NCBI RefSeq assembly: GCF_963921235.1
Contig: NC_086097.1
Span: 199,642,001 to 199,706,000, forward strand
Direction: 5' to 3'
Source: Mobula hypostoma
Lineage: Eukaryota
Length of the DNA: 64,000 bases
Shown here: one piece after another, positions 24,863-36,219 of the stretch
Numbering within the stretch: the first letter of the stretch is position 1
Layout of the letters: each line of letters begins with the position of its first letter
Program-made: the position numbers and the translations under genes
Notes under the pieces: generated by a model
Seen by the model: the letters and a program-made list of their open reading frames with translations, nothing else
What the model was told of the DNA's origin: nothing
The model's database searches: none

Positions 24863-26362
24863 TGCGGAGGCATTAGCGATGATCTTTCAAAAGTCGATAG
24901 ATTCTGGCATGGTTCCGGAGTACTGGAAGATTGCAAGTGTCACTTCGCTATCTAAGAAGGGGGCAAGGAAGCAAAAAGGAAATTATAGACCGGTTAGCTT
25001 GACATCAGTGGTTGGGAAGTTGTTGGAGTCGATTGTCAAGGATGAGGTTACAGAGTACCTGGAGGCATATGACAAGATAGGCAGAAGTCCCCATGGATTC
25101 CTTAAAGGAAAATCCTGCCTGACAAACCTATTACAATTTTTTGAGGAAATTACAAGTAGGCTAGACAAGGGAAATGCAGTGGATGTTGTATATTTGGATT
25201 TTCAGAAGGCCTTTGACAAGGTGCCACACATGAGGCTACTTAACCAGATAACAGCCCATGGAATTATGGAAAAGTTACATATGTGGATACAGCGTTGACT
25301 GATTGGCAGGAAAAAGAGAGTGGGAATAAAGGGATCCTATTCTGGTTGGCTGCCGGTTACCAGTGGTGTTCCACAAAGGTCCGTGTTGGGGCTGGTTCTT
25401 TTTACATTGTACATCAACGATTTGGATTATGGAATAGATGGCTTTGTGGCTAAGTTTGCTGATGATACAAAGATAGGTGGAGGGGCCAGTAGTGCTGAGG
25501 AAACAGAGTCTGCAGAGAGACTTGAATAGATTGGGAGAATGGGCAAAGAAGTGGCAAATGAAATACAATGTTGGAAAGTGTATGGTTATGCACTTTGGCA
25601 GACTATTATTTAAATGGGGAAAGAATTCATAGTTCTGAGATGCAACGGGACTTGGGAGTCCTCATACAGGATACCCTTAAGGTTAAACTCCAGGTTGAGT
25701 CATTGGTGAAGAAGGCGAATGCAATGTTGGCATTCATTTTTAGAGGAATAGAGTATAGGAGCAGGGATGTGATGTTGAGGCTCTATAAGGCGCTGGTGAG
25801 ACCTCACTTGGAGTACTGTGGACAGTTTTGGTCTCCTTATTTAAGAAAGGATGTGCTGACGTTGGAAAGGGTACAGAGAAGATTCACTAGAATGATTCCA
25901 GGAATGAGAGGGTTAACATATGAGGAACATTTGTCCACTCTTGGACTGTATTCCTTGGAGTTTAGAAGAATGAGGGGAGACCTCATAGAAACATTTTGAA
26001 TGTTGAAAGGCATGGACAGAGTGGATGTGGTAAAGTTGTTTCCCATGATGGGGGAGTCTAGTACGAGAGGGCATGACTTAAGGATTGAAGGGTGCCCATT
26101 CGGAAAAGAAATGCGAAGAAATTTTTTTAGTCAGAGGGTGGTGAATCTATGGAATTTGTTGCCACGGTCAGTAGTGGAGGTCAAGTCATTGGGTGTATTT
26201 AAGGCAGAGATTGATAGGTATCTGAGTAGCCAGGGCATCAAAGGTTATGGTGAGAAGGCAGGGGAGTGGGACTAAATGGGAGAATGGATCAGCTCATGAT
26301 AAAATGGCAGAGCAAACTCGATGGGCCGAATGGCCAACTTCTGCTCCTTTGTCTTATGGTCT
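24863..26362 (+). mobile_element. CR1 3' half inserted in the Gypsy 3' LTR
   Basis: RT motifs LDFQKAFDKVPH and FADDTK; tail GTCTTATGGTCT; CTAAT at both junctions. Confidence 0.93.
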
Positions 26363-27324
26363 AATCCTATATTCAGATTAAGATTCATAAAGTCTATCAT
26401 TTAATTGCATATGGTGTACAGTCTGATATTTTGCGTTGTGGGTTTGTAACTGGGGGTACATTACACAGCATCCACACAAACGTGATTACCCAGTCTGGCA
26501 GGGCCACAGGCTGAATCCCCTAGACAAACGTGAGCTGGTGATCCTGAGGATCACATATTTATTTCGGAAAGGAAACAGGGACATGACTAGCAATTGCTGG
26601 TCAGCTCAACTGCAGATATAAAGATTTCATTTGCAATAACCATGAACAAGTGAACAAGCATTTGGAAACATGCACTCTAATATAAAAGAGAAAGCACAGA
26701 TTTATTACACGGAGATTATATTTGTAAACCCCGTTACACAAACTTAATTGAATACTTTAGAGGTTACAGACATTTGACAAAGTCCTATTTAATTGCCTAT
26801 AGCAAACCTATGCTTCCTCTTAGAGATATTCATTATGTTTGAAACTATTGGCAATGATATTGGAATATTTCTGGTTCTGTACCTATCACCTTTTTTCATG
26901 CTAATAGTTGCAAGCTGAAATCTGTGAAACATTATGTAGTGAAGAGGATGGTGTAGACCAGGAAAAGCAATTAACCCTGAATCATGGTGAGTCATTCACT
27001 GGAGAATACTTGAGACTCAAGTACAAGTCAGGAGCTTATAGAATGCTCTAACATTATTCAACAAGCTTAAATCATTTTGTACCAAGCAACCCAATTAATA
27101 AGCAGTCAATCTTGAACATTCACTTTCTCCAACACTGGGATATCACTATGCCTGTGCCCTCTACAGGATCCATTGCATCAGTATGCAAAGGCCTCTGTAA
27201 CTACATATTCCAAACTCCTGATGTGCGCGCTGCTTGGGTGTAGGGAAGCAAACGTATGGGAACTCCAGTTCCCAAGAACACCTCCAATGCATACACCATC
27301 ATAGGTTGTGTATATTAATATTAG

Positions 27325-28630
27325 CATAAGACCATAAGACATAGGAGCAGAATGAGGGCATTCAGCTCATTGAGTCTGCGCGCCATTTCATCATGGCAGA
27401 TTTGTTATCCCTCTCAACCCCATTCTGCTGCCTTCTCCCATAACCTTTGTTGCCCTAACTAACTAAGAACCTATCAAACTCCACTGTAATATATGCAATC
27501 ACTTGTCCTTCACAGCTGTGGCAATAAATTCTACAGATTTTCCACCCTTAACTAAAGAAGTTCTTCTTCATCTCCGTTCTAAAAGAATTTCCCTCTGTTC
27601 TGAGGCTGTGCTCGCTGGTCATGCACTCCCCCACTATAGGCAACATCCTCTTCACATCCACATGATCTAGGCATTTCAGTAGTCGACAGGTTTTGTGCAA
27701 TTCCAACCCCCACCCATCACAATTCTTCAAAATTCCAATGTGTACAGGCTCAAAGCCCTCAAACACTTCTCATATGTTAACATTCTCTAGACACTAGAAC
27801 CAGACACTAGAATACTACAGCACAGTACAGGCTGTTCAGCCCTCGATGTTGTGCTGACCCATATATTTCTTAAAAAAGAGTACTAAACCCACACTACCCC
27901 ATAACCCTCTATTTTTCTTTCATCTGTGTGCCTGTCCAAGAGACTCTTAAATACCCCTAATGTTTTAGCCTCCACCACCATCCCTGGCAAGTCATCTCAG
28001 GCACCCACAAGCCTCTGTGTAAAAAACTTACCCCTGATGTCTCCCCTAAACTTCCCTCCCTTAACTTTGTACAATGCCATCTGGTGTTTGCTATTCATGC
28101 CCTAGGAAACAGGTAGTGGCTATCCACCCTATCTATGCCTCTCAAAATCTTGTAGACCTCTATCAAGTCCCTTCTCATCCTTCTACGCTCCAAAAAGAAA
28201 AGTCCCAACTCAGCTAACCTTGCCTCATAAGACTTGTTTTCCAATCCAGGCAACATCCTGGTAAATCTCCTCTGTACCCTCTCCATAGCTTCCACACCAT
28301 TCCTATAATGAGGTGACCAGTACTGAACACAATATTCTAAGTGTGGTCTCACCAGAGATTTGTTGATTCTCATTCCCATAATCATTCTCATGAACCTCAT
28401 CTGAACCCTTCAAATGCCAGCATATATTTTTGTAGATAAGGGGCCCAAAACAGCTCACAATACTCAGAGTGTTGTCTGACCAATGCCTTATAAAGCCTCA
28501 GCATTACATCCATGCTTGTATATTCTAATCCTCTTGAAATAAATGGTAGCTATGCATTAGCCTTCCTTAACACACTGAACTTAACCTTCAGGGAATCCTG
28601 CATGAGGACTCAAACATCCCTTGGCACCAG
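27325..28630 (-). mobile_element. CR1 3' fragment hosting another CR1
   Basis: Reverse tail CATAAGACCATAAGAC; C-terminal FRTEMKKNFFS. Confidence 0.88.
27788..28365 (-). mobile_element. CR1 3' fragment of a different subfamily, 6-bp TSD
   Basis: LVRPHLEYCVQYWSPH; ATTCTC at 27782-87 and 28366-71. Confidence 0.85.
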
Positions 28631-28738
28631 TGTTAATTAAATTCTGTACAGTATTGGATGAATGTCTAAACAGCTCAAAATGACAATTTATCCCTTCCTG
28701 AGCTTGCACCATATCTGTACAAGGTAAATACTACAGGC

Positions 28739-29944
28739 CAGGGGTCCCCAACCGTTTTTGCACTGCGGAACGGTTTCATATTGACAACATTCTTGCAGAG
28801 CGGCTGACCCGCGGGGTGGGGGGGGGGTAGGGTTGTCAACAGACAAGAGAAGCAGTCAAATACGTTGTGTTTACCCGAAGAAAGACTACATGAAGCCTTG
28901 CGCGGGCACCAGGGCGCATGCGTGACTTGCGCATGTGTTTACCTGTTGATTTTTTTCTACAAACCGTTTTTGGCGATTCTGTTCGGGGGAGGGGGGGCAG
29001 GGGGGTTAATCACGACCAGAATATAGGTGATAAGTGGCTAATACAGTCAATTTTGTTTCTAAAAGGGTTTATCTAACGAATTTAATATTAAACACACAGC
29101 GCATATTTTCCTTGCATGAATATAGTGATAAGTCAATTTTCAGGGGAGGACAGGGGAGCTTGAAGTAAGTGTTGAACGAACATCCAGTAGAAGTGTTAGA
29201 GGCAGGTTCGTTATTATCATTTAAAGAAAAATTAGATAGGTATATGCACAGGAAAGGAATGGAGGGTTATGGGCTGAGTGCAGGTCGGTGGGACTAGGTG
29301 AGAGTAGCGTTCAGCATGGACTAGAAGGGCAGAGATCACCTGTTTCCGTGCTGTAATTGTTATATGGTTATATAAGTCAATAGCATCATAACATTTTAAG
29401 TAACGTTTGGATATTAAACACACAGAACATATTTTCCCCGTATGAACATATAAAATCATTGTAACGCACCAATATCACTGAATCATTGGGAGCCCTGGGA
29501 TGAATACTTGTTTTCCTGCAACAAGACGGTCCTATCAAAGGGTGATGGGAGACAGCGATACTCGAAGGGGGTTCCTTATGTCCAGTCTATTCCGCAATTT
29601 AGTTTTCGTTGCATTCATTGCAGAGATATGTTGGAAATGGAGGCAACGTTTTCAGTGCTTTCGTGGCTATCTCGGGATATTTAGCCTTGACTTTGATCCA
29701 GAATGCTGGCAGAGATGTTATGTCAAACATACTTTTCAGCCTGCTGTCATTTGCAAGCTCGAGGAATTGATCTCCTTCCCGTGCTGACACGGATGATGCG
29801 CGGGTAATGACCTCGCATGAGTTCAAGCTCAACAATGCATGACAGGAAATGAGGAAAGGTGCAGCTGACTCATATCGCCAAATCATATCATTTTCTCGTG
29901 GCCCAGTAGCACATGCTTTGCAGCCCGGTGGTTGGGGACTGCTG
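28739..29944 (-). mobile_element. hAT-Charlie-like non-autonomous DNA transposon
   Basis: TIRs CAGGGGTCCCCAAC / GTTGGGGACTGCTG; 8-bp TSD CTACAGGC/CTATAGGC; hAT dimerisation-domain remnant FWIKVKAKYPEIATKALKTL.PFPTYLC at about 29600-29780 (-). Confidence 0.9.
29185..29375 (+). mobile_element. CR1 3' end inside the hAT element
   Basis: CR1 C-terminus FKEKLDRYM..KGMEGYG followed by a 3' UTR and GTTATATGGTTATAT tail. Confidence 0.75.
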
Positions 29945-31734
29945 CTATAGGCCTGTTAATGTTTAATGTTTGTTGGTAGCAGCTGGATTCTTTCTTAGTC
30001 TCATGCACCATTAGCATAAAAATGTCTGTTAATGTCTAAATATCTGTTGGTCAAGTTGAAAACTAGGTTGATGGATTATTTCTTAGTGTCTGTCAAATTA
30101 GCTTGAAGGATTCTTTTAAGGATTTGGGCTTATCACTTATATGTAATATTAATGTTCTTTTATCACTAAAGGAATGTTAAGTCCAAAACATTGGTGGACT
30201 AATGGATAAGAAGTGACTATTAAAGTCTCTAATTGATTTATAAGGATATGCTAAACATCGTGTTAATAAATACATGTGTTGTTTGAATTTAAAAAATCAC
30301 GTTGAGTTAATGACATGAGAACAACTGATCAAAGGGTTTGTCTGCCCCTGTATGTCTCTCTATGCTTGTGGAACTCTTATTTATTGTGGTACCTTCCCTG
30401 GGCTCCTTGGACTTTAGTCATGGACCAGCTATTGTGATCGGTGCCTGGGACTGAGGGGCAGTTTCGTGAAAGAGTCAGAATTCAGAAATCCCCCAACAAC
30501 AGCGACAATCAAGTGCTGACAAAGAATCCTGAGCAAGAGATCTTTGTAACATCCTCCAAGACGGAGGGAGAATGATGGACCCAATCAAATAGATACAGTT
30601 AATTATAGGGAATGACTACGACCAAGAGCTAGGATAAAAGGCTCTTAATGTCCAATGTGTTGGTGCGGGAGAGCGTTTTCCAGCATTAAAACTTTATGAG
30701 TCCACCAAGCAAAGTTGAAGTGCTATTCCATCCTAGTGGATGAAGATGAGATTACTTCACCAAGCACAAATGATGTCTTTTCAACCACTGATTCACAAGC
30801 CACAGCGATTTGCTCTGGAGAGAGTCATCGTACTCCAGGTCAGACGAGAGATAACCCAGGTCAGGTTTCAGACCACAGTACCCAGGTAGATCCATCGCAT
30901 AATGGTGACGGTGAGGAGGTAGAGAAGAAGAGGAAGGTCGAGTGGCCAGCAATGGCAGATGAGAAGGCTTGGAGTGGGTTTGATGAGGATATTAGTATGA
31001 TGTTGGAGAACACTCTCATGGGAAAGAGAAAGTTGGAGGTGATGGGCGATACGATTTACAATGTTGGAAAGTACCAGTTTGGTTTGGCTGAGTTGAAGAA
31101 AACAAAGCCTACACAGACACCAAGCAGGCGCCAGAAGGAGATTAGTAGGTAGAGGAGAGAGCTTAGATCGTTGAGACAGAGATGGAAGGAAGCAAGTGTG
31201 GGTGACAAGCCAGGGCTTGCTGATCTCCAGGAGCATTTTCAATTAAAGTTAGCATCACTCCGTTGTGCAGAGTCACAACATAAAAAGGGAAAGAAGAGAG
31301 AGAAGGCAAGATAGTCGTTCTTTGGGAATCCTCACCAGTTCACAAAGAAACTGTTTGAACAAAGTAAGAGCGGGCAGCTTAACATCTCTCAACAAGAACT
31401 TGAGGATCACCTGGCAAGCACTTACTCTAACGAACAGTGGGAAGCTCCTTTGATTGACCTTTCAGGGCTTGTGAAGCCTACCGAGCCAGGAGTGAAGTTC
31501 GATCTGTCAGAACCCAAGCTGGCAGAAGTCGAACGGCTCATCAGAAAGGCAAGATCAGGTTTAATGCCAAGACCTAATGGAGTGCCGTATAAGGTGTCCA
31601 ATAAGTGTGAAGAGCTGAGGAAATACTTGTGGAGATTGTTAAAGGTGGTGTGGAGACAAGGTGTTGTTCCTTTGTCATGGAGTGAGGCTGAAGGAGTATA
31701 CATCCCGAAGGAAGAGAATTCTACTACATTGAAT

Positions 31735-31884
31735 TGGTAAAACAACATTGTGTGCTGGTTGATGATTGATGTTTGAAGCCAAATCAGGTGGCTTTGGTAC
31801 AGCAACCGACATAGCCAGGAGACAAGGTGGGCAGCGAACGGGGTTTCCCCTGGATAAATACAAGCCAATATAGCTGAGCATTAC
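31735..31884. mobile_element. Terminal LTR fragment (same family as 5344-5924, opposite orientation) at the HERO deletion breakpoint
   Basis: Reverse complement of 5344-5495, ending GCTGAGCATTACA. Confidence 0.85.
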
Positions 31885-32467
31885 ATATCATTTGTGAAAG
31901 AAGGCTCCAGGTAAAGGGTGTACAGCGCAGGCCCACGATCAAGCATACTTTCTTCAGCCAGTGATTGGTGTGTCAAGGCCGACCTGGATGGGAAAGGCAG
32001 TTTCCCAGAGCAAATAGCTTTCACAACATTGTGTCCAGATATAATCGTATGGTCTGACACCAGTAGAGAAGTGGTTATTGGTGAACTCACAGTCCCTTGG
32101 GAAGACATCGATGAAGCCCATGAGCGCAAGTTAACCAAGTATGCAGAGTTGAGATCAGAGTGCAGAGAGACAGAGGGTGGAAGGTGTCATGCTATCCATT
32201 CAAAGTAGGCTGCCGTGGGTTTATTGCGTTCACTTTCCAGAAGTGGCTGCGTGACCCTGGCTTCACTAGAAGAGAGATCAAGTCAACCAGCAGGGCTGCA
32301 GCTGAGGCAGCAGAGAGAGGATCAGCATGGGTGTGGACCAAGTATGTCCAGAGGGGCAGATAGTCAGACAGTCATCTTTTGCAAACCCTTCAGTAGTTGC
32401 ATAGACACTTGAAGAGCAGACTATCTGTTGGATGGAAGCGATAGAGGCAGATGCCAAGTTTTTAAGC

Positions 32468-32585
32468 TCACCAGTGGGAGGTGATGCTTAGCACCGCTGG
32501 CCCACCATCTCGAGGGAGTCTTGATCATAAGGGGGCCGAAACTCCTGAAGACAGGTGGCAGATCAACTGATGATCCCACTGGTGA
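32468..32585 (+). ncRNA. Candidate pseudoknotted, kink-turn-containing hammerhead-like ribozyme in the HERO 3' UTR
   Basis: Closing stem 32468-79/32574-85 (12 bp, perfect); stem II GGCCC 32499-503/GGGCC 32533-37; GAAA 32538-41; stem III GGGAGU 32514-19/ACUCCU 32541-46; GUC 32518-20; stem I UUGAUC 32521-26/GAUCAA 32561-66; CUGAUGA 32567-73; k-turn GA 32512-13 with GAA-GA 32547-51. Confidence 0.7.
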
Positions 32586-32719
32586 TAGCACAGGACAGTT
32601 AACATCTTAGTCCACGTGTATTTTCAATTTTTGTATGCTTTATTTGTGCTTTCTATTGTTATGATAATAAATTAGGATTAAGTTACTTCGTTATGTGCGT
32701 AATTTTATTACCGGGACAC

Positions 32720-33400
32720 TTGAATTGAATTGAATTGAATTGACTTTATTTCTTACATCCTTCACGTTCATGAGGAGTAAAAATCTTTATGTTACGTCTC
32801 CGTCTAAATATGCAATGTGCAATCAAAGTAATTGATAATAATTAATAATAAATAGAATAGTCAATATAATATAGAGTACACTCAGATCAGTGTGAGTTAA
32901 TCAGTCTGATGGCCTGGTGGAAGAAGCTATCCCGGAGCCTGTTGTTCCTGGCTTTCATACTGTGATACCGTTTCTCAGATGGTAGCAGCTAGAATAGATT
33001 GTGGTTGGGGTGACTCGGGTCCCCAATAATCCTACGGGCTCTTTTTACACACCTGTACTTGTAAATGTCCTGGATCATGGGAAATTCACAACTACAGATG
33101 TGCTGAGCTGTCCGCACCACTCTCTGCAGAGTCCTGCGATTAAGGGAGGTACAGTTCTCGGAGCAGGCAGTGATACAGCCAGTCAGGATGCTCTCAATTA
33201 TGCCCCTGTAGAAAGTTCTTAGGATATGGGGGCCCATACCAAACCTCCTCAACTGTCTGAGGTGAAAAAGGTGCTGTTGTGCCTTTTTCACCACACAGCT
33301 AGTGTGCACAGACCAGGTGAGGCCCTCGGTGATGTGAATGCTGCGGAACTTAAAGCTGTTTACCCTCTCAATCCCAGATCCATCAATGTCAATAGTTGGG
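32720..33400 (-). mobile_element. Rex1/Babar LINE 3' fragment
   Basis: (GAATT)n reverse tail; KKAQQHLFHLRQLRRF; same family as 7600-9434. Confidence 0.9.
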
Positions 33401-34060
33401 TCTGATCGACCCAGCCCATCATAGCATTTCTCATGTCTGAATTTTCTCCAAGATTTAGATAACTGCTTACACCTTTACTCTTTCTACCAAAGTACAGGAC
33501 TGTAAAATTCCCTGCTCTATATTCCACCTGCTGTTTCTTTGCCCATTCTCCTAATCAGTCTAACTCCTTCTGCAGACTCCCTGTTTCCTCAACATTACCT
33601 TTCACCTATCTAATAACTTTCACAAACTTGGGCACAATTCTGTCATCCATATAACATGAGAAGAAGCCCTCCCAATACCGACCCCTGCAACACATCACTC
33701 ATCACCGCCAGCCAAGCGGAAAAGGCCACCTTTATTTCCACACTTTGCCTCCTGCCAGTCACCCAATCTCCTATCCATATTAGTATCTATCCTGTAAAAC
33801 AATGTGTTGTTTAGCAGCCTTATGTGTGGCACCATGTCAAAGGGCTTTTGAAAATCCAAGTAAACAACATCAACTGACTCTTCTTTGTCTATCCTGTCAG
33901 TTATTTCCTGAAAGAATTCCAAGATCTTTTTCAGGCAAGCACTCCCTTAATGAAACACAACACCCAGTCCAGAATTGCTGTTTCCCCAGCGGGCTCAACC
34001 ACAAACTGCCGAAAAAAATACCTCATGCGTTTTCTATATTTTACCATTTCAGTTTCTTAA

Positions 34061-34265
34061 GATGGATAGATAGATATACTTTATTGATCCTGAGGGAAAT
34101 TGGGTTTCGTTACAGCCGCACCAACAAAGAATAGAGCATAAATATAGCAATACAAAAACCACAAACAATCAAACAACAAAATGTAAACTATGCCAGATGG
34201 AAAATAAGTCCAGGGCCAGCCTATTGGCTCAGGGTGTCTGACCCTCCACAGGAGGAGCTGCAAAG
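34061..34265 (-). mobile_element. Rex/Babar 3' end with (TATC)n tail
   Basis: Nearly the same sequence as 38070-38255; reverse tail GATGGATAGATAGATA. Confidence 0.8.
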
Positions 34266-35081
34266 ATTCCACATCTTCTGATAATATCTCACCTCATTTT
34301 AAGGAATTTTACCAACAGAACCACGCCACCCGCTGTACCCACATATCTGAACTTTAAATACAATAAATATTCTTGGATATTAAGCTCCTAAGTATGACTT
34401 TTTTCAGCCATGACTCAGTGATGCCCATTACATCATACCTACCAATTTCTAGCTGTGCTACAATTTCATCTGCCTTATTCCATACTGAGTGCATTCAAAT
34501 GTAGTCTCACTGCATACTATATCTACTTGTATACCATCCTCAGCCCTGCCAAATTAGTTTAGGACTAACTAGTTGAAAGGCTCCCCAAAAGCTCTAGCAA
34601 TTCTGCCTACAAGGATATTGGTCCCCCTCAGGTTCAGGTGTAACTTGTTCTTTTGTTACATGTCATGCATCCCTCAGAAGAGATCGCAACAATCCAGAAA
34701 TCTGAAACCCAGCCTCCTCCACTAATTCCTCAGCCGAAATTCATCTGCCACATTATCCTTTTCTTACCCACAGACAACAATCCAGAGATTTCTACTCTTC
34801 AGATCCTGTCTTTCAGCTTTGTCCTTGATGCCTTATATTCTCTCTTCAAGACCTCCTCCCTTTTCCTACCCTTATCATTGATACCAATATGTACCATGAC
34901 TTCCAGGTGTTTACCCTCCCCCTTGTAAATGTTCTGGACATAGTCCAAAACATTTGTGACCCTGGCATCTGGGAGGCAACATACCATCCGGGTGTCTCTT
35001 TCACATGCAGAGAATCTGCAGTCTGTCCCTTTAACTCTGGAATCCCCTAACACTGCTTCATCCTTTTCTCACCCCTTCCTT

Positions 35082-35701
35082 TGATGGAATGAAGGGATAG
35101 GTAAATAGGGGGAAAAACAGAGGACAATGATTAACTTATAATCAATCACCTTGTAAGTGCCTTAGCTTACTGCTGTGGACAAGTTTGGACAAGTCAGAAA
35201 GAAGCTTTCACGCTGCAGCCGGTGACGTACTAGTCATTGTTCTCGAAAGACAGGCAAAGGATCAAATAAGGAATTATCTGATCTTGCAGAAGCAGCTCAG
35301 GGTATAGCTAAACATGGGAGGGATGAGGTAACGGATAGAATGTTCTGGAGAAAAGGTGAAGGGTCTGAATGAGGAACTGATGGGCTAGCTTTGGCTTAAA
35401 ATAATTATAACTAACTGACCAATGATTATCTTACATCTAATTGTATCTTAGCTTGTAACTGAAATGATTCTAATATTGTCTAAACTTGTACTCGTAAGAT
35501 TTCCTACTACCTGATCAATGTTATAAATTGTGGAGAACTGTGTAACTCGGGGGCAGTCTCCGGACTAGCTCCTTTGGGAGATCAGTCTGTGACTTCCCCC
35601 ACAGCATGCTATGAGTAGAGAATAAAGGTTTGAAAAGAATTACGTTTGTCAGTGTATTTGTGGTACAATTGCTATTGTATCGGGCCCAATCGAGTACGAC
35701 A
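35082..35701 (+). mobile_element. ERV-like solo LTR
   Basis: TG...CA ends, TATAAA at about 35522, AATAAA at 35621; interrupts CR1 ORF1; possible TSD CCTT/CATT. Confidence 0.72.
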
Positions 35702-36219
35702 CATTTCTAAGCCACGGAGCCAAAGTCAGTGCCAGAGACCCATTCGCTGTAATTTCCTCTGGTAACCTCCACCCCCTCCCAACAGTACCCGGTGGTATAC
35801 TTATTGTTGAGGGAAATAGTCACAGGTGTACTCTGCACAGGCTGCCTATTCCTTTTTCCTCTCCTGACAGTCACCCAGATTCATGTTTCCTTCAGCTAAG
35901 GAGGTACTACTTCCTCTACTGTGTATTTTCATGATTTTCTGTTTTGACATTGGAAGGCTGACCATTACTTTCTCAAGAGCAATCAGAGACCAGAGTGATT
36001 AAAATACCCAGCATGTTTGTACACTTCACCAATGGTAGAGTAAGCCATACCACATGAATATTTATATACAATTATATTTCAATTATAATTGCTTAGAGGC
36101 GAAAGAGTAATAAGATTATTATTAGTCGTATTTTTATTCAGCTAAATTGAACTTACACTAAACACAAACTTTTTTTTTCCTGAGACAATGTTCTTTGAAG
36201 TACATTCCATGAAGGTAGA

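Larger units (their letters stand above)
23438..26555 (+). mobile_element. Internally deleted Gypsy LTR retrotransposon (5' LTR end, PBS, PNMA-like gag, protease, 3' LTR interrupted by CR1)
   Basis: 23438-23576 is repeated at about 26418-26555 (both end ..TACA/..CACA); gag N-terminus from ATG 23648; CGKEGHFRQEC knuckle; AILNTESQVT protease-like motif. Confidence 0.88.
30430..32630 (+). mobile_element. HERO-clade (R2-group) non-LTR retrotransposon with REL endonuclease; RT core deleted
   Basis: N-terminal CWCG, RT start PNGVPYKV..VWRQGVVP..EGVYIPKEE, C-terminal PDIIVWS..ELTVPWE..AHERKLTKY..GW...VGCRGF; stop at 32361-63; 5' boundary uncertain. Confidence 0.85.
33430..35920 (-). mobile_element. 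Fragmented old CR1 (RT, endonuclease and ORF1 esterase pieces) with nested insertions
   Basis: YLDFQKPFD at about 33850; GDS.V.G and HIGIND at 34800-35050. Confidence 0.75.

Noticed and set aside
30380..30480. HDV-like ribozyme at the HERO 5' end
   Set aside because: I could not build the nested double pseudoknot, and the element's 5' boundary is uncertain
32468..32585. Box C/D snoRNA reading (GUGAUGC...CUGAUGA inside a terminal stem)
   Set aside because: Box C is imperfect, CUGA is not adjacent to the stem, and the interior is explained by hammerhead and k-turn pairings; not formally excluded
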